Shown here piece after piece: positions 12,310-25,254 of a stretch of DNA of 64,000 nucleotides. The stretch is from Heptranchias perlo (lineage: Eukaryota): assembly GCF_035084215.1 (NCBI RefSeq), contig NC_090337.1, positions 63,860,001 through 63,924,000 of the forward strand, read 5' to 3'. Each line of letters starts with the position of its first letter. Position 1 is the first letter of the stretch. The translations under genes and the position numbers were made by a program. The notes under the pieces were generated by a model. The model saw only the letters and a list, made by a program, of their open reading frames with translations, was not told the DNA's origin and ran no database searches.

Positions 12310-14152
12310 AAGTAAGAACATAAGAACATAAGAAATAGGAGCAGGAGTAGGCCATACATCCCCTCGAGCTTGCTCTGCCATTCAATAAGATCATGGCTGA
12401 TCTTCGACCTCAACTCCACTTTCCCGCCTGATCCCTTGATTCCCTTAGAGCCCAAAAATCTATCGACCTCAGTCTTGAATATACTCAACGACCGAGCATC
12501 CACAGCCCTCTAGAGTAGAGAATTCGAAATATTCACAACCCTCTGAGTGAAGAAATTCCTCCTCATCTCAGTGTTAAATGGCCGACCCCTTATCCTGAGA
12601 CTTTGTCCTCCAGTTCTAGAATCTCCAGCCAGGGGAAACATCCTCTCAGCATCTACCCTGTCAAGCCCTCATATAGAATCTTATATGTTTCAATGAGATC
12701 ACCTCTCATTCTTCTAAATTACTCAATCTTTCCTCAAAGCACAACCTTCTTATCCCAAGAATCAATCTAATGAACCTTTGTTGCGCCTCCTCTAAGGCAA
12801 GTATATCCTTCCTTTGGTAAGGAGACCAAAATTGCACACAGTACTCCAGATGTGGTCTCATCAAAGCCCTATACAATTGCAGCAAGATCTCCTTACTCTT
12901 GTACTCCAGCCCCCTTGCAATAAAGGCCAACATACCATTTGCCTTTCTAATTGCTTGCTGTACCTACATGTTAACTTTCTGTGTTTTGTGTACGAGGACA
13001 ACTGAATCCCTCTGAACACCAACATTTAATCATTTCTCACCATTTAAAAAATACTCTGTTTTTCTATTTTCCCTACCAAAGAGAATAACCTCACATTTCC
13101 TCACATTATACTCCATCTGTCACCTTCTCGCCGAGACACTTAACCTGTCTATATCCCTTTGCAGACTCTTTATGTCCTTCTCACAGCTTACTTTCCCACC
13201 TAGCTTTTTATCATCAGAAAACTTGGATACATTAAACTCGGTCCCTTCATCTAAGTCATTGATATAGATTGTAAATAGCTGAGGCCAAGCACCGATCCCT
13301 GCAGCACCCCACTAGTTACAGCCTGCCAACCCGAAAATTACTCGTTTATTCCTACTCTCTGTTTTCTGTCCGTTAACCAATCCTCAATCCATGCTAATAT
13401 ATTACCCACAACCCCATGAGCCCTAATCCTGCATAACAACCTCTTGTGTGGCACCTTATCGAATGCCTTTTGAAAATCCAAATATGCTACATCCACTGGT
13501 TCCCCCTTATCTACCCTGCTAGTTACACCCTCAAAAAATTCTAATAGATTTATCAAACACTATTTTGCTTTCATAAAACAGTGTTGACTCTGCCTAATCG
13601 TATTATGATTTTCTAAGTGCCCTGTTACTACGTCCTTAATAATAGATTCTAGCATTTTCCCAACGACTAATGTCAGGCTAACTCGTCTATAGTTCCCTGT
13701 TTTCTCTCTCCCTTCTTTCTTGAATAGCGGGGTTGTATTTGCTACCGTCCAATCCACGGGGACCGTTCTAGAATCTAGGGAATTCTGGAAGATCAAAACC
13801 AATGTATCCATTATCTCTGCAGCCACCTTTTTTTAAATCCTAGGATGTAGACCATCAGGTCCAGGGGATTTGTTGGCTTTTAGTCCCATTAATTTTACTA
13901 AAACTTTTTCTTCGCTAATATTAATTACTTTAAGTTCCTCCCTCTCATTAGCCCCTTGGTTTCCCATTATTTCTGGTATGTTTTTTGTGTCTTCCACTGT
14001 GAAGACAGATATAAAGTATTTGTTTAACGTCTCTGCCATTTCCTTATTCCCCGTTATAATTTCTCCTGTCTCTGTCTCTAAGGGACCAATGTTTACTTTC
14101 GCTAATCTCTTCCTTTTTATATACTTGTCGAAGTGCTTACAATCTGTTTTTA
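12310..14152 (-). mobile_element. CR1 LINE ORF2 (RT to 3' end), frameshifted
   Basis: YLDFQKAFDKVPH, RPHLEYCVQFWSP, SPGPDGLHPR motifs; (TAAGAACA)n tail. Confidence 0.92.
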
Positions 14153-14879
14153 GTGAGTGTGATATATAAAATGGAAGGGCTTCAATTGTCACTGTTCGTA
14201 TTTCCCACTCTGTTCTGTTCTTTTCTGTTGAGTCCTTGCATCTTCTTCACCGTGGGCTGAATGGGAGATGAGTCCATTCTTCTATTGGCATTGAAGGATG
14301 TTTCATGTTAACCATAGCTCCATGACATAACAATTCAGCAATGTAAAGTACCTAAAATTATGCATAGAACAGAGAAAATCAACACAGTTGAAAAATATGT
14401 AGAGAAAAGATTCTTTTTTTTCACCTGGATGCAACTTGAGCAAAAGGGTCTGAATACTGAGTTGAATTGTCATTATGTTTTGAACATGGAAATGCAAAAT
14501 CTCAAGCTCACCAGGATTCCTGCACCTAGAATGAAACTGCTCAGCATCTTGCCTTTTCTCTGAATCAAACATTAAAATCAAGGATTAACTGCAAAACTGG
14601 TGAGAAACACCCTCAACTTTTTAAACTCGAAGCTACTGTCGGCAGTCAGTGACTGCACTGCAACGTAACCAAGCCCTTGATACATCCAGAGGCACTGATG
14701 GCCCAATGGCAAAAACCCAGAGGCAGCAGCACCTTTGATGGGGAACTTGTAGAAAAGTCTGCCATTTTATTTGGGTGGGTTAGGGTTCAACCTTCCTGCA
14801 ACGTATGTGAATTGATATGCTTTCCTGATCGCTTATTTGCCCAGGTCTTCTCCAGCCATTGGCCAGAAATTGTCCATTA

Positions 14880-15100
14880 GGGATGGAAACCTGCCGTCTT
14901 TACCGGGTCTGGTCTATATGTGACTCCAGTCCCACACCAACGTGGCTGACTCATAACTGCCCTCTGACATTGCTTGGCAGACCACTCAGTGTCAAACTAT
15001 TCAAGAAGAAGGCCCACCCCCATCTCCTCAGGGCAAATAACAATAAATGCCGGCCTAGCTAGCAACGCCCACATCCTGACGATTAATAAATAAAAGAAAT
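14880..15100 (+). mobile_element. 3' end of a further non-LTR LINE family (same as 32540-33215)
   Basis: ttcaagaagaaggcccacccccatctcctcagggcaa...aataaatgccggcc...gcccacatcctga followed by an A-rich tail. Confidence 0.65.
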
Positions 15101-15177
15101 AAAATCACAAATTAACACGATTGACAAGAAGTTGAAGAGCCTGGGATTGTTTATTCTGGAAGCATGATATTGGGGGG

Positions 15178-16062
15178 GGGCAGATACCCCAGTGCAGGGC
15201 AGCCCCAGAGTATGCAGAATGGATTCCACAGTACAGAGCAACCCCAAGGTATTGGGGGCAGATTCCCCAGTCCTGGATAATCCCAGGGTATAGGGGACAG
15301 ATTCCCCAGTCCTGGATAATCCCAGGGTATTCAGGACAGATTTCCAGGACTGGATAATCCCAGGGTGTTGGGGACAGATTCCCCACTGCTGGACAGACCC
15401 AGGGTATTGGGGACAGACCCAGGGTATTGGGGACAGATTCCCCAGTGCTGGACAGACCCAGGGTATTGGGGACAGATTCCCCAGTGCTGGACAGACCCAG
15501 GGTATTGAGGACAGATTCCCCAGTGCTGGACAGACCCAGGGTGTTGGGGACAGATTCCCCAGTGCTGGACAGACCCAGGGTGTTGGGGACAGATTCCCCA
15601 GTGCTGGACAGACCCAGGGTGTTAGGAACAGATTCCCCAGTGCTGGACAGACCCAGGGTGTTGGGGACAGATTCCCCAGTGCTGGACAGACCCAGGGTGT
15701 TAGGAACAGATTCCCCAGTGCTGGACAGACCCAGGGTATTGAGGACAGATTCCCCAGTGCTGGACAGACCCAGGGTGTTGGGGACAGATTCCCCAGTGCT
15801 GGACAGACCCAGGGTGTTAGGAACAGATTCCCCAGTGCTGGACAGACCCAGGGTGTTGGGAACAGATTCCCCAGTGCTGGACAGACCCAGGGTGTTGGGA
15901 ACAGATTCCCCAGTGCTGGACAGACCCAGGGTGTTGGGAACAGATTCCCAGGGCTGAACAGGCCCAGGGTATTGGGAACAGATTCCCAGGACTGGATAAT
16001 CCCTGGGTATTTGGGGATAGATTCCCTAGTGCTGGACAGCCCCAAGGTATTGGGGCAGCCCA
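15178..16062. repeat. 39-bp minisatellite (VNTR), about 22 units
   Basis: Unit CCCAGGGTGTTGGGGACAGATTCCCCAGTGCTGGACAGA; near-identical core ~15359-15957 with degenerate flanking units. Confidence 0.97.
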
Positions 16063-16569
16063 AAGTTATGGCAGAAACACTTCTTCTCGAAGCTGTTCTA
16101 TAATATAAAAGGGACATTGGTGAACACTGACAATGCACTCATATTGTATGTTTCGTTGTCAGTTTCTTTATACAGAGGCTGTAAATGAATAGCTTGTGTG
16201 TTCACTAAATGGGCGGGTCTGATATCTGATAGCGAGACTAATTGTGTCAGTGATGGAGCTGCTATTACTTTTCCAACATCTCAGATACATAGCAGTGATA
16301 TAACTGACATCAACCCCATCTGTAAAAGGACTGTACCTTATACAGAAATCACACACATGTCATATCATGCAGGTTCTTTATAGAGGCAAACATGTTTGAT
16401 TACTCCAAACTGCACTGACAGGTTCTTCCATTTACTTACTATCCTAAAATTCTAATTGCAGATATTTCTGAGGACTTAATGAGTGACCGTGGGAGGGAGC
16501 TGGGTGGACATCAGTAGAGATACAGTCAGTAACACGGGGCACTGGGGGGAGGGCTTTCTGGTGACAATG

Positions 16570-18735
16570 TGAGGTGGACAAAGACAAAGCAGGAGTTAAA
16601 GTTTTCAATTGGGGAAAGGCCAATTTTACTAAGCTGAGAAGTGATTTAGCAGAAGTAAACTGGAAACAGCTACCTGTCAGAGCAGTGGGAGACATTCAAA
16701 GGGGTTCAGGGTAAACATGTTCCCACAAAGAAAAAGGGAGGAGCTGCCAAATCTAGAGCCCCCTGGATGTCAAGAAGCATTCAGGGTAAGATAAGACAGA
16801 AAAAGAAAGCCTATGATAGACACCGGGAACTCAATACTATGGAAAGCTTAGAGGAGTATACAAAGTTCAGGGGTGAAGTTAAAAAGGAAATTAGGAAAGC
16901 AAAGAGAGGGCATGTAAAATCAAAGAAATCCCAAAGATGTTTTATAAATACATTAAGAGCAAGAGGATGACTAAGGAAAGAGTAGGGCCTATTAGAGACC
17001 AAAAATGTAAACTATGTGTGGAGGCAGAAGATGTGGGTTTAGTTCTTAATGAATATTTTGCATGTGTGTTCACAAAGGAGAGGGATGATGCAGAGATTGT
17101 AGTTAAGGAGGAGGAGTGTGAAATATTGGATGGGATAAATATAGTGAGAGAGGAAGTATTAAAGGGATTAGCATCTTTGAAAGTAGATAAATCACTAGGG
17201 CCGGATGAAATGTATCCCAGGCAGTTAAAAGAAGCCAGGGAGGAAATAGCAGAAGCTTTAACAATCATTTTCCAAACTTCACTGGATACAGGCGTAGTGC
17301 CGGAGGATTGGAGGACTGCTAACATCTTATTGTTGTTTAAAAAGGGAGTGAAGGATAGACCGAGTAATTACAGGCCAATCAGTGTAACCTCGGTGGTGGG
17401 CAAATTATTGGAATCAATTCTGAGGGACAGGATAAACTGTCACGTAGAAAGGCACTGACTAATCAAGGACAGTCAGCACAGATTTGTTAAGGGGAGGTTG
17501 TGTCTGACTAACTTGATTGAATTTTTCGAGGAGGTGACAAGGAGGATCGTGAAAGCGCAATTGATGTAGTCTACATGGATTTAAGCAAGGCTTTTGACAA
17601 GGTCCCACATGGCAGATTGGTCAAAAAAGTAAAGGCCCATGGGATCCAAGGGAATGTGGCAAATTGGATCCAAAATTGGCTCAGTGGCAGGAAGCAAAGG
17701 GTAATGGTCAACGGGTGTTTTTGCGACTGGAAGGCTGTTTCCAGTGGGGTTCCACAGGGCTCGGAACTAGGTCCTTTGCTTTTTTTGGTATACGTTAACG
17801 ATTTGGACTTAAATGTAGGGGGCATGATTAAGAAATTTGTGGATGACACAAAGATAGGCCATGTGGTTGATAGTGAGGAGGAAAGCAGTAGACTGCAGGA
17901 AGATATCAATGGACTGGTCAGATGGGCAGAAAAGTGGCAAATGGAGTTCAATCCAGAGAAGTGTGAGGTAATGCATTTGGGGATAGCAAACAAGGCAAGT
18001 GAGTACACAATAAATGGGAGGATACTGAGAGGTGTAGAGGAAGTGAGGGACCTTGGAGTGCATGTCCACAGATCCCTGAAGGTAGCAGGACAGGTAGGTA
18101 AGGTGGTTAAGAAGGCATATGGAATACTTTCCTTTATTAGCCAAGGCATAGAATATAAAAGCAGGGATGTTAAGCTGGAACTGTATAAAACACTAGTTAG
18201 GCCATAGCTTGAGTACTGCGCACAGTTCTGGTCACTACATTACAGGAAGGATGTAATTGCGCTAGAGAGGGTGCAGAGGAGATTTACGAGGATGTTGCCA
18301 GGACTGGAGAATTTTAGCTACGATGACAGATTGGATAGGCTGGGGTTGTTTGCCTTGGAACAGAGAAGGCTGAAGGGTGATTTGATTGAGGCGTACAAAA
18401 TTATGAGGGGCCTAGATAGAGTGGATAGGAAGGGCCTATTTCTCTTAGCAGAGGGGTCAGTAACCAGGATTAGAGTGGAAATGAGGAAAGATTTTTCACC
18501 CAGAGGGTGGTGGGGGTCTGGAACTCACTGCCTGAGAGGGTGGTAGAGGCAGACCCTCAACTCATTTAAAAAATAACTGGATGTGCACCTGAAGAGCCGT
18601 GACCTGCAGGGCTACTGACCAAACGCAGGGAGGTGGGATTAGGCTGGGTGGCTCGTTTCTCAGCCAGCGCAGACACGATGGGCCGAATGGCCTCCTTCTG
18701 TGCCATAAATTTTCTATGGTTCTTTCTATTATTCT
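16570..18735 (+). mobile_element. CR1 LINE ORF2 to 3' end
   Basis: ORFs 16937-17458 and 17575-18207 (DLSKAFDKVPH, GVPQGSELGP, FVDDTK); (TTCTAT)-type tail. Confidence 0.93.
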
Positions 18736-18885
18736 ATGTGGCTGGATTAACAACAGTAGAGATATAGTCAGCAACACAGGGCGTTGTCTGGAAGAAGTTG
18801 CTTAGGCGACAGTTTGAAAGAGCTGGGTCAAGTCAGTCGAGATGCAGGTGACTACATTCAAACCGTTAGTCATTTTTAAACCTAG

Positions 18886-19050
18886 GAGGGTAGATTTTAG
18901 CCCTTCCCACCTGAATGGTAATCTGGCGAAATGATTGAACACCCTTTATGGAACCTGCCTGAGTTTCGTTCTATTGAAGTCAATGGAATGAAAATCAGAC
19001 GGGTTCTATAAAGGGCAGGTGATCTGCTCTGCAAGATAACCCCCAGGCAG
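18886..19050. mobile_element. Short palindromic MITE-like element
   Basis: Imperfect inverted arms (ccctttatggaacctgcctga / tcagacgggttctataaaggg) centred on ctattgaagtcaatgg. Confidence 0.55.
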
Positions 19051-19249
19051 TGAAACTGTATCACGGACTATTTTATCAGAGAGCTACACAGAGAATTACT
19101 GCTGGCAATGGTGGGAGATGTGGAAGGATGGTAAGCACATTGACCAAAGTCTTCCTTCACATTGGTTATTGATCTTACAAATCTCAACTGGCAACTGATA
19201 TACAAGGAGCTTAGGTTTGATGAAAAATATTTGGGAAACTCCCCCCAGT

Positions 19250-19560
19250 GAGTTGCTGAGCATTACAGGCCGGGAAGGTCCCAGGTTTGATTCCCAGTCC
19301 GTACTGAGTCAACTGACCTCAGCTGGGCTGCTACAATTTGCCTCACTGTCCCTGTTTTAGGGTGGTTAAAAATCAACCAGGTATGATTTTTGGTTGTTAT
19401 TTGGTTATCCCGATTGGAAAGTGCACAAGGGTGGGCACTGAGGGAGGACTGGATCAGATTCGTTTCTGAATGACCTGCTGGCACTCACTATAAGATTCAA
19501 AGGTGATGACTATCCATTTGGGTGAGATACTAAATGGTCCCCTTGGAACTAAACCCTAGT
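19250..19560 (+). mobile_element. Old tRNA-derived SINE (AmnSINE2-like)
   Basis: B-box-like ggtttgattccc followed by ctgagtcaactgacctcagc...gctacaatttgcctca...aaaaatcaaccagg; related copies at 26010 and 36170. Confidence 0.55.
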
Positions 19561-19571
19561 AAAATAACAAA

Positions 19572-20025
19572 GAAAGAAAGTCTTGCATTTATATAGCGCC
19601 TTTCACAACCTCAGCACATCCCAGAGCACTTTACAGCCCATTAAGTACTTTTGAAATGTGGTCACTGTTGTAAAAAGGAAACGCAGCAGGTAATTTGCAC
19701 ACAGCAAGGTCCCGCAAACAGCAATGAGATAAATAACCAAATCATCTGCTTTAGGTGTTGGTTGAGGATAAATATTGGCCAGGACATTGGGAGAATTCCA
19801 GTGCTCTTCTTCATATAGTGCCATGGGAATCTTTACGCCCACCTAAGAGGGCAGATGGGGCCTCGGTTTAATGTCTCACCCGACAAACAGCACCTCCGAC
19901 AGTGCAGCACTCCCTCAGTACTGCACTGGGAGTGTCAGCGTGGATTATATGTTCGAGTCTCAGGACTTGAACCTACAACCTACTGACTCAGAGGCAAGAG
20001 TGCTACCAACTGAGACACGACTGAT
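19572..20025 (-). mobile_element. Deu-domain SINE, near full length
   Basis: Reverse complement of the 22927-23390 copy. Confidence 0.9.
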
Positions 20026-20374
20026 AAGCAAGAGTCAATGGGGCCATTTTTAGTCTCCATGATGCCCCAGAAACAAGTACAGATGGGTTACTGAAGCAGA
20101 AAATTGGACAAAGATCAGTTCTGCCCAAACATGTAGCTGGCCAATTTTCCACTGGAGTTTGGGCAGAACACTTGGAAGCTCCCTTTTGAAATAAGCATAT
20201 TAAAATGAAGAGGAAGTGAGGTCATGTAAATCTCTACACTACTTCATGTGGTTTCCACCCAGAATTCCCCAGTTCCAGATGACATACACAAAGCTTGGGT
20301 GTTTGCAGGAGCGGGAGATAGTTAAAGGGGACCTGCGGTTCATACTAGGTACTTCTATAACTCATTTTTTCTGT

Positions 20375-20975
20375 TGCTCTTTTAGCCCTGAAACCTGTCT
20401 CTCAGTACTTTATTTCCCCTTCTCCCCTCCACCCTCTCCAAGCTCATCATATCTATCAGAGTCATCTCCTGCACCCTCGATCCCCTTCTCACCCAACTTC
20501 TCTTCCTTGTCCTGATGCTAGCTGACATTGTCAATAGTTCCCTCCCCTCAAGCACAGTCCATCTCCCTTCGAAACCATCATCATCACACACTCCTCAATA
20601 AACCCCATCAACCCTCCCATACTCATCAGCTACCTCCCTAATTCCAATCTCCCTTTCTCCCTGTGCTTCTTAAGGTGACATACCTATCTCTCTTTAACTC
20701 CCTGTTTGAATCAGTCCAGTCTGGTTCCACCCTCCTCAAGCACTGGAACTGCCCTAACCAAAGTCTTGAGTGACATCCTTTGACTATGGTGCATTTTCCC
20801 TTTTCATCCTCCTCAACCTTTCCCCATTGTTCAACACAGTCAACCATTCCATTCGTCTCCAACGCTTCTCCTCAGTTGTCCAGCTCCATGGGACTGCCCT
20901 TGTTTCGTTCCACTCTTACCTATCTGAGTGTAGCTAGAACATCTCTAGCAATGGCTTCTCTTCGCACTCTCACAT
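20375..20975 (+). mobile_element. Decayed L2 RT fragment
   Basis: Similar to 7656-8150. Confidence 0.75.
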
Positions 20976-21457
20976 CTCAAAAGAGTCACACCTCAAAAAC
21001 AACATGAGTCCATTGGATAAAAAAAATCACAAGTAACTCAAATAACGACTATATGTTAAGTTAACCAGCCTGATTAGCTCAAATATCTCATTAATAAATA
21101 CATACTAGTCAAAAACCAGTTCCATTCATAAATGGCAACCACCATAAGATCAAACAATCAAAATTGCTCAGTTTTTCTAAAGGTACCAATTCATGAACCA
21201 GCAAGTGTCACAAAACCAACCAATCAAATTGCTCAAACTATCTTTTGAAGTCATTTTGTTTGTGTACACACACCCCGGTGCATATATGCAAAAATTAAAT
21301 TCATACCATAATACGCACATATAAAATTGCATAACTCTAGGTGAAAAAAACAATAAACTCACCCATAAAATTAGCCATTGTTTTTCCAAGAGGATTTCCC
21401 CACAAAGGCCTGCTCTGTCTCTGGCCTGGGGCTATAGTACTATTCTGTTCCCATAGC

Positions 21458-21610
21458 TTCTTCAAACCTACCTCTTTGACCAATCTTTTGGTCAGTTGTC
21501 CTAATATCTCCTTCTCTGGCTTGCTGTCAAATATTGTCTAATTAGGCTCCTGTGAAGCACTTTGGGATGTTTTGCTACGTTAAAGGACCTATATAAATGC
21601 AAGTTGTTGT
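21458..21610 (+). mobile_element. L2 3' tail fragment
   Basis: aaacctacctctttgaccaa...ctatataaatgcaagttgttgtt. Confidence 0.85.
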
Positions 21611-21712
21611 TCCAGTTGTGCGTGTGAGAGAGATGCATTGTGTGACTGTAGTTTTCACCTCTTTCCTGTAGAACTGTCATTCTGCGAATAAATCCCAACT
21701 ACCCATGTCACA

Positions 21713-22928
21713 CTCAAAATAAGAAGTATTGCACACCTTACTGACACTGAAAGATATGAGGCCTCAAAGATATATTTGTCACACTATTTACCGATGAAAG
21801 TAGCTTAAGCTTCAAGTAACTTTCTTCTTCTGCTCCCAAAACCTCTTATGCTCGGTTATTTATATGAGGAAATGTTTATTTTCTTGCCCTGTCTCCCACA
21901 GTAGATTTGCAGTTTGCGATGAAGGAGCAAGATTTTTTTTTTATTCTTCCCTCCTCCTTCTGCCGAACCTTTTTCCTCAGTTATTTACATGATTGTAAAA
22001 GACATTGTTTTCGCCCCCTTCCTTCCCACAGTAGTTCTGGCTAAAATTGGGAGCACTCTACCTGTGAGGTTATTCCCACTGTTGAACAGGTGGTCATTCA
22101 CCATGGTGTGGGTCGGGCTGACTCATTAACTCCAGCCACAGTGGGCCAGGAATTTCCTTGGAGCTGCCTCTACCCCCAACCCCCTCCCCCACCCACTTTG
22201 CCGTTGTAACTTTGGCAGAAGTGCAGCGTAAATGGGGATTCCACCACACTTCTGGCGCAGAGGAAATTCCTGGCCAATGTCACAGCCTCAAAGTGCTTTA
22301 TGTGCACAGTATAAACTTCTGTCCTCTTTAGCAACATAAAACACCCCTCACCTGCATAACACCTTTAACTCAGAAATATTATTTACCAGATTAAATTGTA
22401 ACAAGTGCCTGAAAAAAATGAAGTCTTTTTATTTGTAATTTTTTTCTGTAAATGTCATTCTGCGAATAAATCCCAGCTACCCATGTCACATGGGTAGTTG
22501 GGATTTATTCTTTGAGGTCTCATATCTTTCAGTATCAGTAAGGTGTGCTGTACTTCTTATTTTGTACAGTGCTCCCAATTTTAGCCAGAACTACAAATCT
22601 ACTGTGGAAAGGAAGGAGGCGAAAACAGTGTCTTTTACAATGAAGTAAATCATGTAAATAACTGAAGAAAAATGTTCGGCAGAAAGAGGAGGGAAGAATA
22701 AAAAAAAATCTTGCTCCTTCATCGCAAACTGCAAATCCACTGTGGGAGACAGGGCAAGAAAATAAACATTTCCTCATATAAATAACCGAGCATAAGAGGT
22801 TTTGGGAGCAGAAAAAGAAAGTTACTTGAAGCTTAAGATACTTTCATCGGTAAATAGTGTGACAAATATATCTTTGAGGCCTCATATCTTTCAGTATCAG
22901 TAAGGTGTGCAATACTTCTTATTTTGAG
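21713..22928. repeat. Inverted duplication with ~350-bp arms
   Basis: 21713-22057 is the reverse complement of 22568-22928 with few substitutions and small indels. Confidence 0.95.
22143..22275. mobile_element. Small MITE
   Basis: TIRs GGCCAGGAATTTCCT / AGGAAATTCCTGGCC. Confidence 0.7.
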
Positions 22929-23390
22929 CGTTAGCTGTGGCTTAATTGATATCACTCTCGCCTCTGAGTCAGAGGTTATAGGTTCAAGCCCCAGTCCAGA
23001 GGCTTGAGCACATAATCTAGGCTGACATTCCAGTGCAGTACTGAGGGAGTGCTGCACTGCCAGAGATGCCGTCTTTCAGATGAGATGTTAAACCAAGGCC
23101 CCAGCTGCCCTCTCTCGTGGACGTAAAAGATCCCATGGAAGTATTTCGAATAAGAGCAGGGTAGTTATCCCAGGTGTCCTGGCCAATATTTATCCCTCAA
23201 TCAAAATCACTAAAAACAGATTATCTGGTCATTACCTCATTGAGGGTTGTTGGAGCTTGCTGTGTGCAAATTGGCTGCTGCGTTTCCTACATTATAAGTC
23301 AATACACTTCAAAAAAGTACTTTGTTGGCTGTAAAGTGGTTTAGGACGTCCTGAGGTTGTAAAAGGCGCTATATAAATGCAGGTCTTTCT
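22927..23390 (+). mobile_element. Deu-domain SINE, full length (tRNA head, Deu core, L2-type tail)
   Basis: A/B-box-like head (tggcttaattga, ggttcaagcccc), core gccgtctttcagatgagatgttaaaccaagg...gtaaaagatcccatgg, tail ggcgctatataaatgca. Confidence 0.92.
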
Positions 23391-24684
23391 GATGACAATC
23401 ATGTGGCATGTTTGATGTGTTGCGGTGATAGGTGAATCAAATAGGTGAATTATTCAGCATGTATAAGCTGAATGGATATCATCAGGCCTGCACCAGGCCC
23501 TGGACAGCCAATAAGTCGTGCCACAGAGATCCAACAGCATTACGGTAAAACATGCAATCGAAGGCATGTTTGCTTTCAGCAACAAGATAAGAAAAAAAAA
23601 CAACTCTCTCGGAAGTGGATTGATGGAGACGTGTATTGCAATTGAGTGGCATTTCGACAGACAACCTGCTATTAGAAGTAGTGTTACAGACTTTCTGACC
23701 TTCTTAATAGAAGGTTAGTCATGATGAATTGTTCAGCAAATATTCCAAACGGAGTTCAAACATTCGGCAATGAATATTTAAATCAGAATGTCACAGTAAA
23801 GGCGCCTGCCTTTAAATTGTCGGATGCTAAACGTAAAGGGACAGTCCATTGTCGCGCGCAAAGAAAGATGTGTTTTCATAATACAAGGCACTGCGTTGAA
23901 AATTGTCTTTGAAAGGGAGCAGCTGCCTTGAGACGTACAGTGCAAGAAAATTGCTCACACAGATTCCCCTCTGTAATTGCCGGGCTTTAATGTGCAGCTG
24001 TTAAGTATCCAGTGTCAGTTTAAAAATGATAAACAGGCATCTGACAGTGTTCATCATTTATATATAATGAGATTGACAGAATCTAGCAAATTTAACTGAA
24101 AGTTTAAACACTGTTTATCTCTGCTTGCGAAAGTGGATTAAAAATGATTGAGTAGAATCTACTCGGCTACAATTAATTCTTACAATGTAATTAAAAAAAA
24201 ACTCTGTACTCTAGGATTCTGGCATTTAATGAACCGTGACATTGCTTTTATACTAAGTACAAGAACAGTTTATTAAAAGTGAGAGGAGCCCCAATCAAAT
24301 ATCCCTTACAGGGCTGAAATAAAACGAGAGCCTTGCAGTGGATGTTCATAAAGGGCTATAGCTCGCTGCTAAAATTCAGAAGCGAGAATTTCTGCAAAAT
24401 ATTTCCAATGACCTCCTCAAGCCCCATCCATCAGTCAGACGAGCTCATTATTCTAACTAGAAAATTCTTTGCTTCCATACTATGGCACCATCAGTTGCAA
24501 TCTGCATGCCAATTACTGGGACAGACCCCATGATACTGGAAATGGAAATGAGCTGTCAAGGAGGCCCTCCGAACCCAAGGACCAGTCTCTCAACTCCGTC
24601 ACAGAGCGCTGACAGGGCCTGCTGGAAAATTAATCTCGAAAATAAATGTAGCAACTTTCCGTGATTTTCAGCACAATTCCTAAT

Positions 24685-24698
24685 CCACCAGAGGGCAG
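24685..24698 (+). promoter_or_regulatory. Candidate CTCF site
   Basis: CCACCAGAGGGCAG matches the CTCF core consensus and lies in a TE-free island; motif match only. Confidence 0.4.
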
Positions 24699-25254
24699 GT
24701 TCTGTAAAGTTTATGATAATTGCAAAGGAGAGCGAGATCAACGATAACAAAAGGATACAGTTTATGAATGTTAGACTAAGGGCAAGCGAAAAATATCAAA
24801 ATGCAGAGTCCTTCCACCGTACTTTTCTGGATCTTTGCCTCCTCAGGGGCCGAGAAAATAGAAGCTTTCACCTCCCCTCATTGTTTATCTCAAGAACTTT
24901 CACTCTGTTGTGCTGTATATGATTGAGTGCTGGCGTTGTAAATACACATAACAAATTATTCCCAGACACAATTACCCTTTATGGTGCTAATTAGTCTTCT
25001 TAAAAAGGCTGTCAGCATCTGCAAACATTGCATATTTAACATCCCTGGATGAAGGATTATGTAATAAAGAATATAAAAACAAAATACCAGTTCAAAGTCA
25101 CACAACACTTATTAATACAATCTTATGGGACAAAGAACACGGTGAATATTGGATAGAACTACCTTTACTTTGAAGATCTGTAAGCATTTAGGTCCGTGCC
25201 CATCTACAGCTAATTCACATGGAGGCTCCATAGGTCGGTAGGAAAGAAAGACAG

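Noticed and set aside
15359-15957. CRISPR-like array
   Set aside because: Units are directly adjacent with no unique spacers, no cas genes are present, and the context is eukaryotic.
15083-16138. 351-aa and 176-aa repetitive ORFs as protein genes
   Set aside because: They arise from a 39-bp unit divisible by three, are open on both strands, and have no unique domain or splice evidence.
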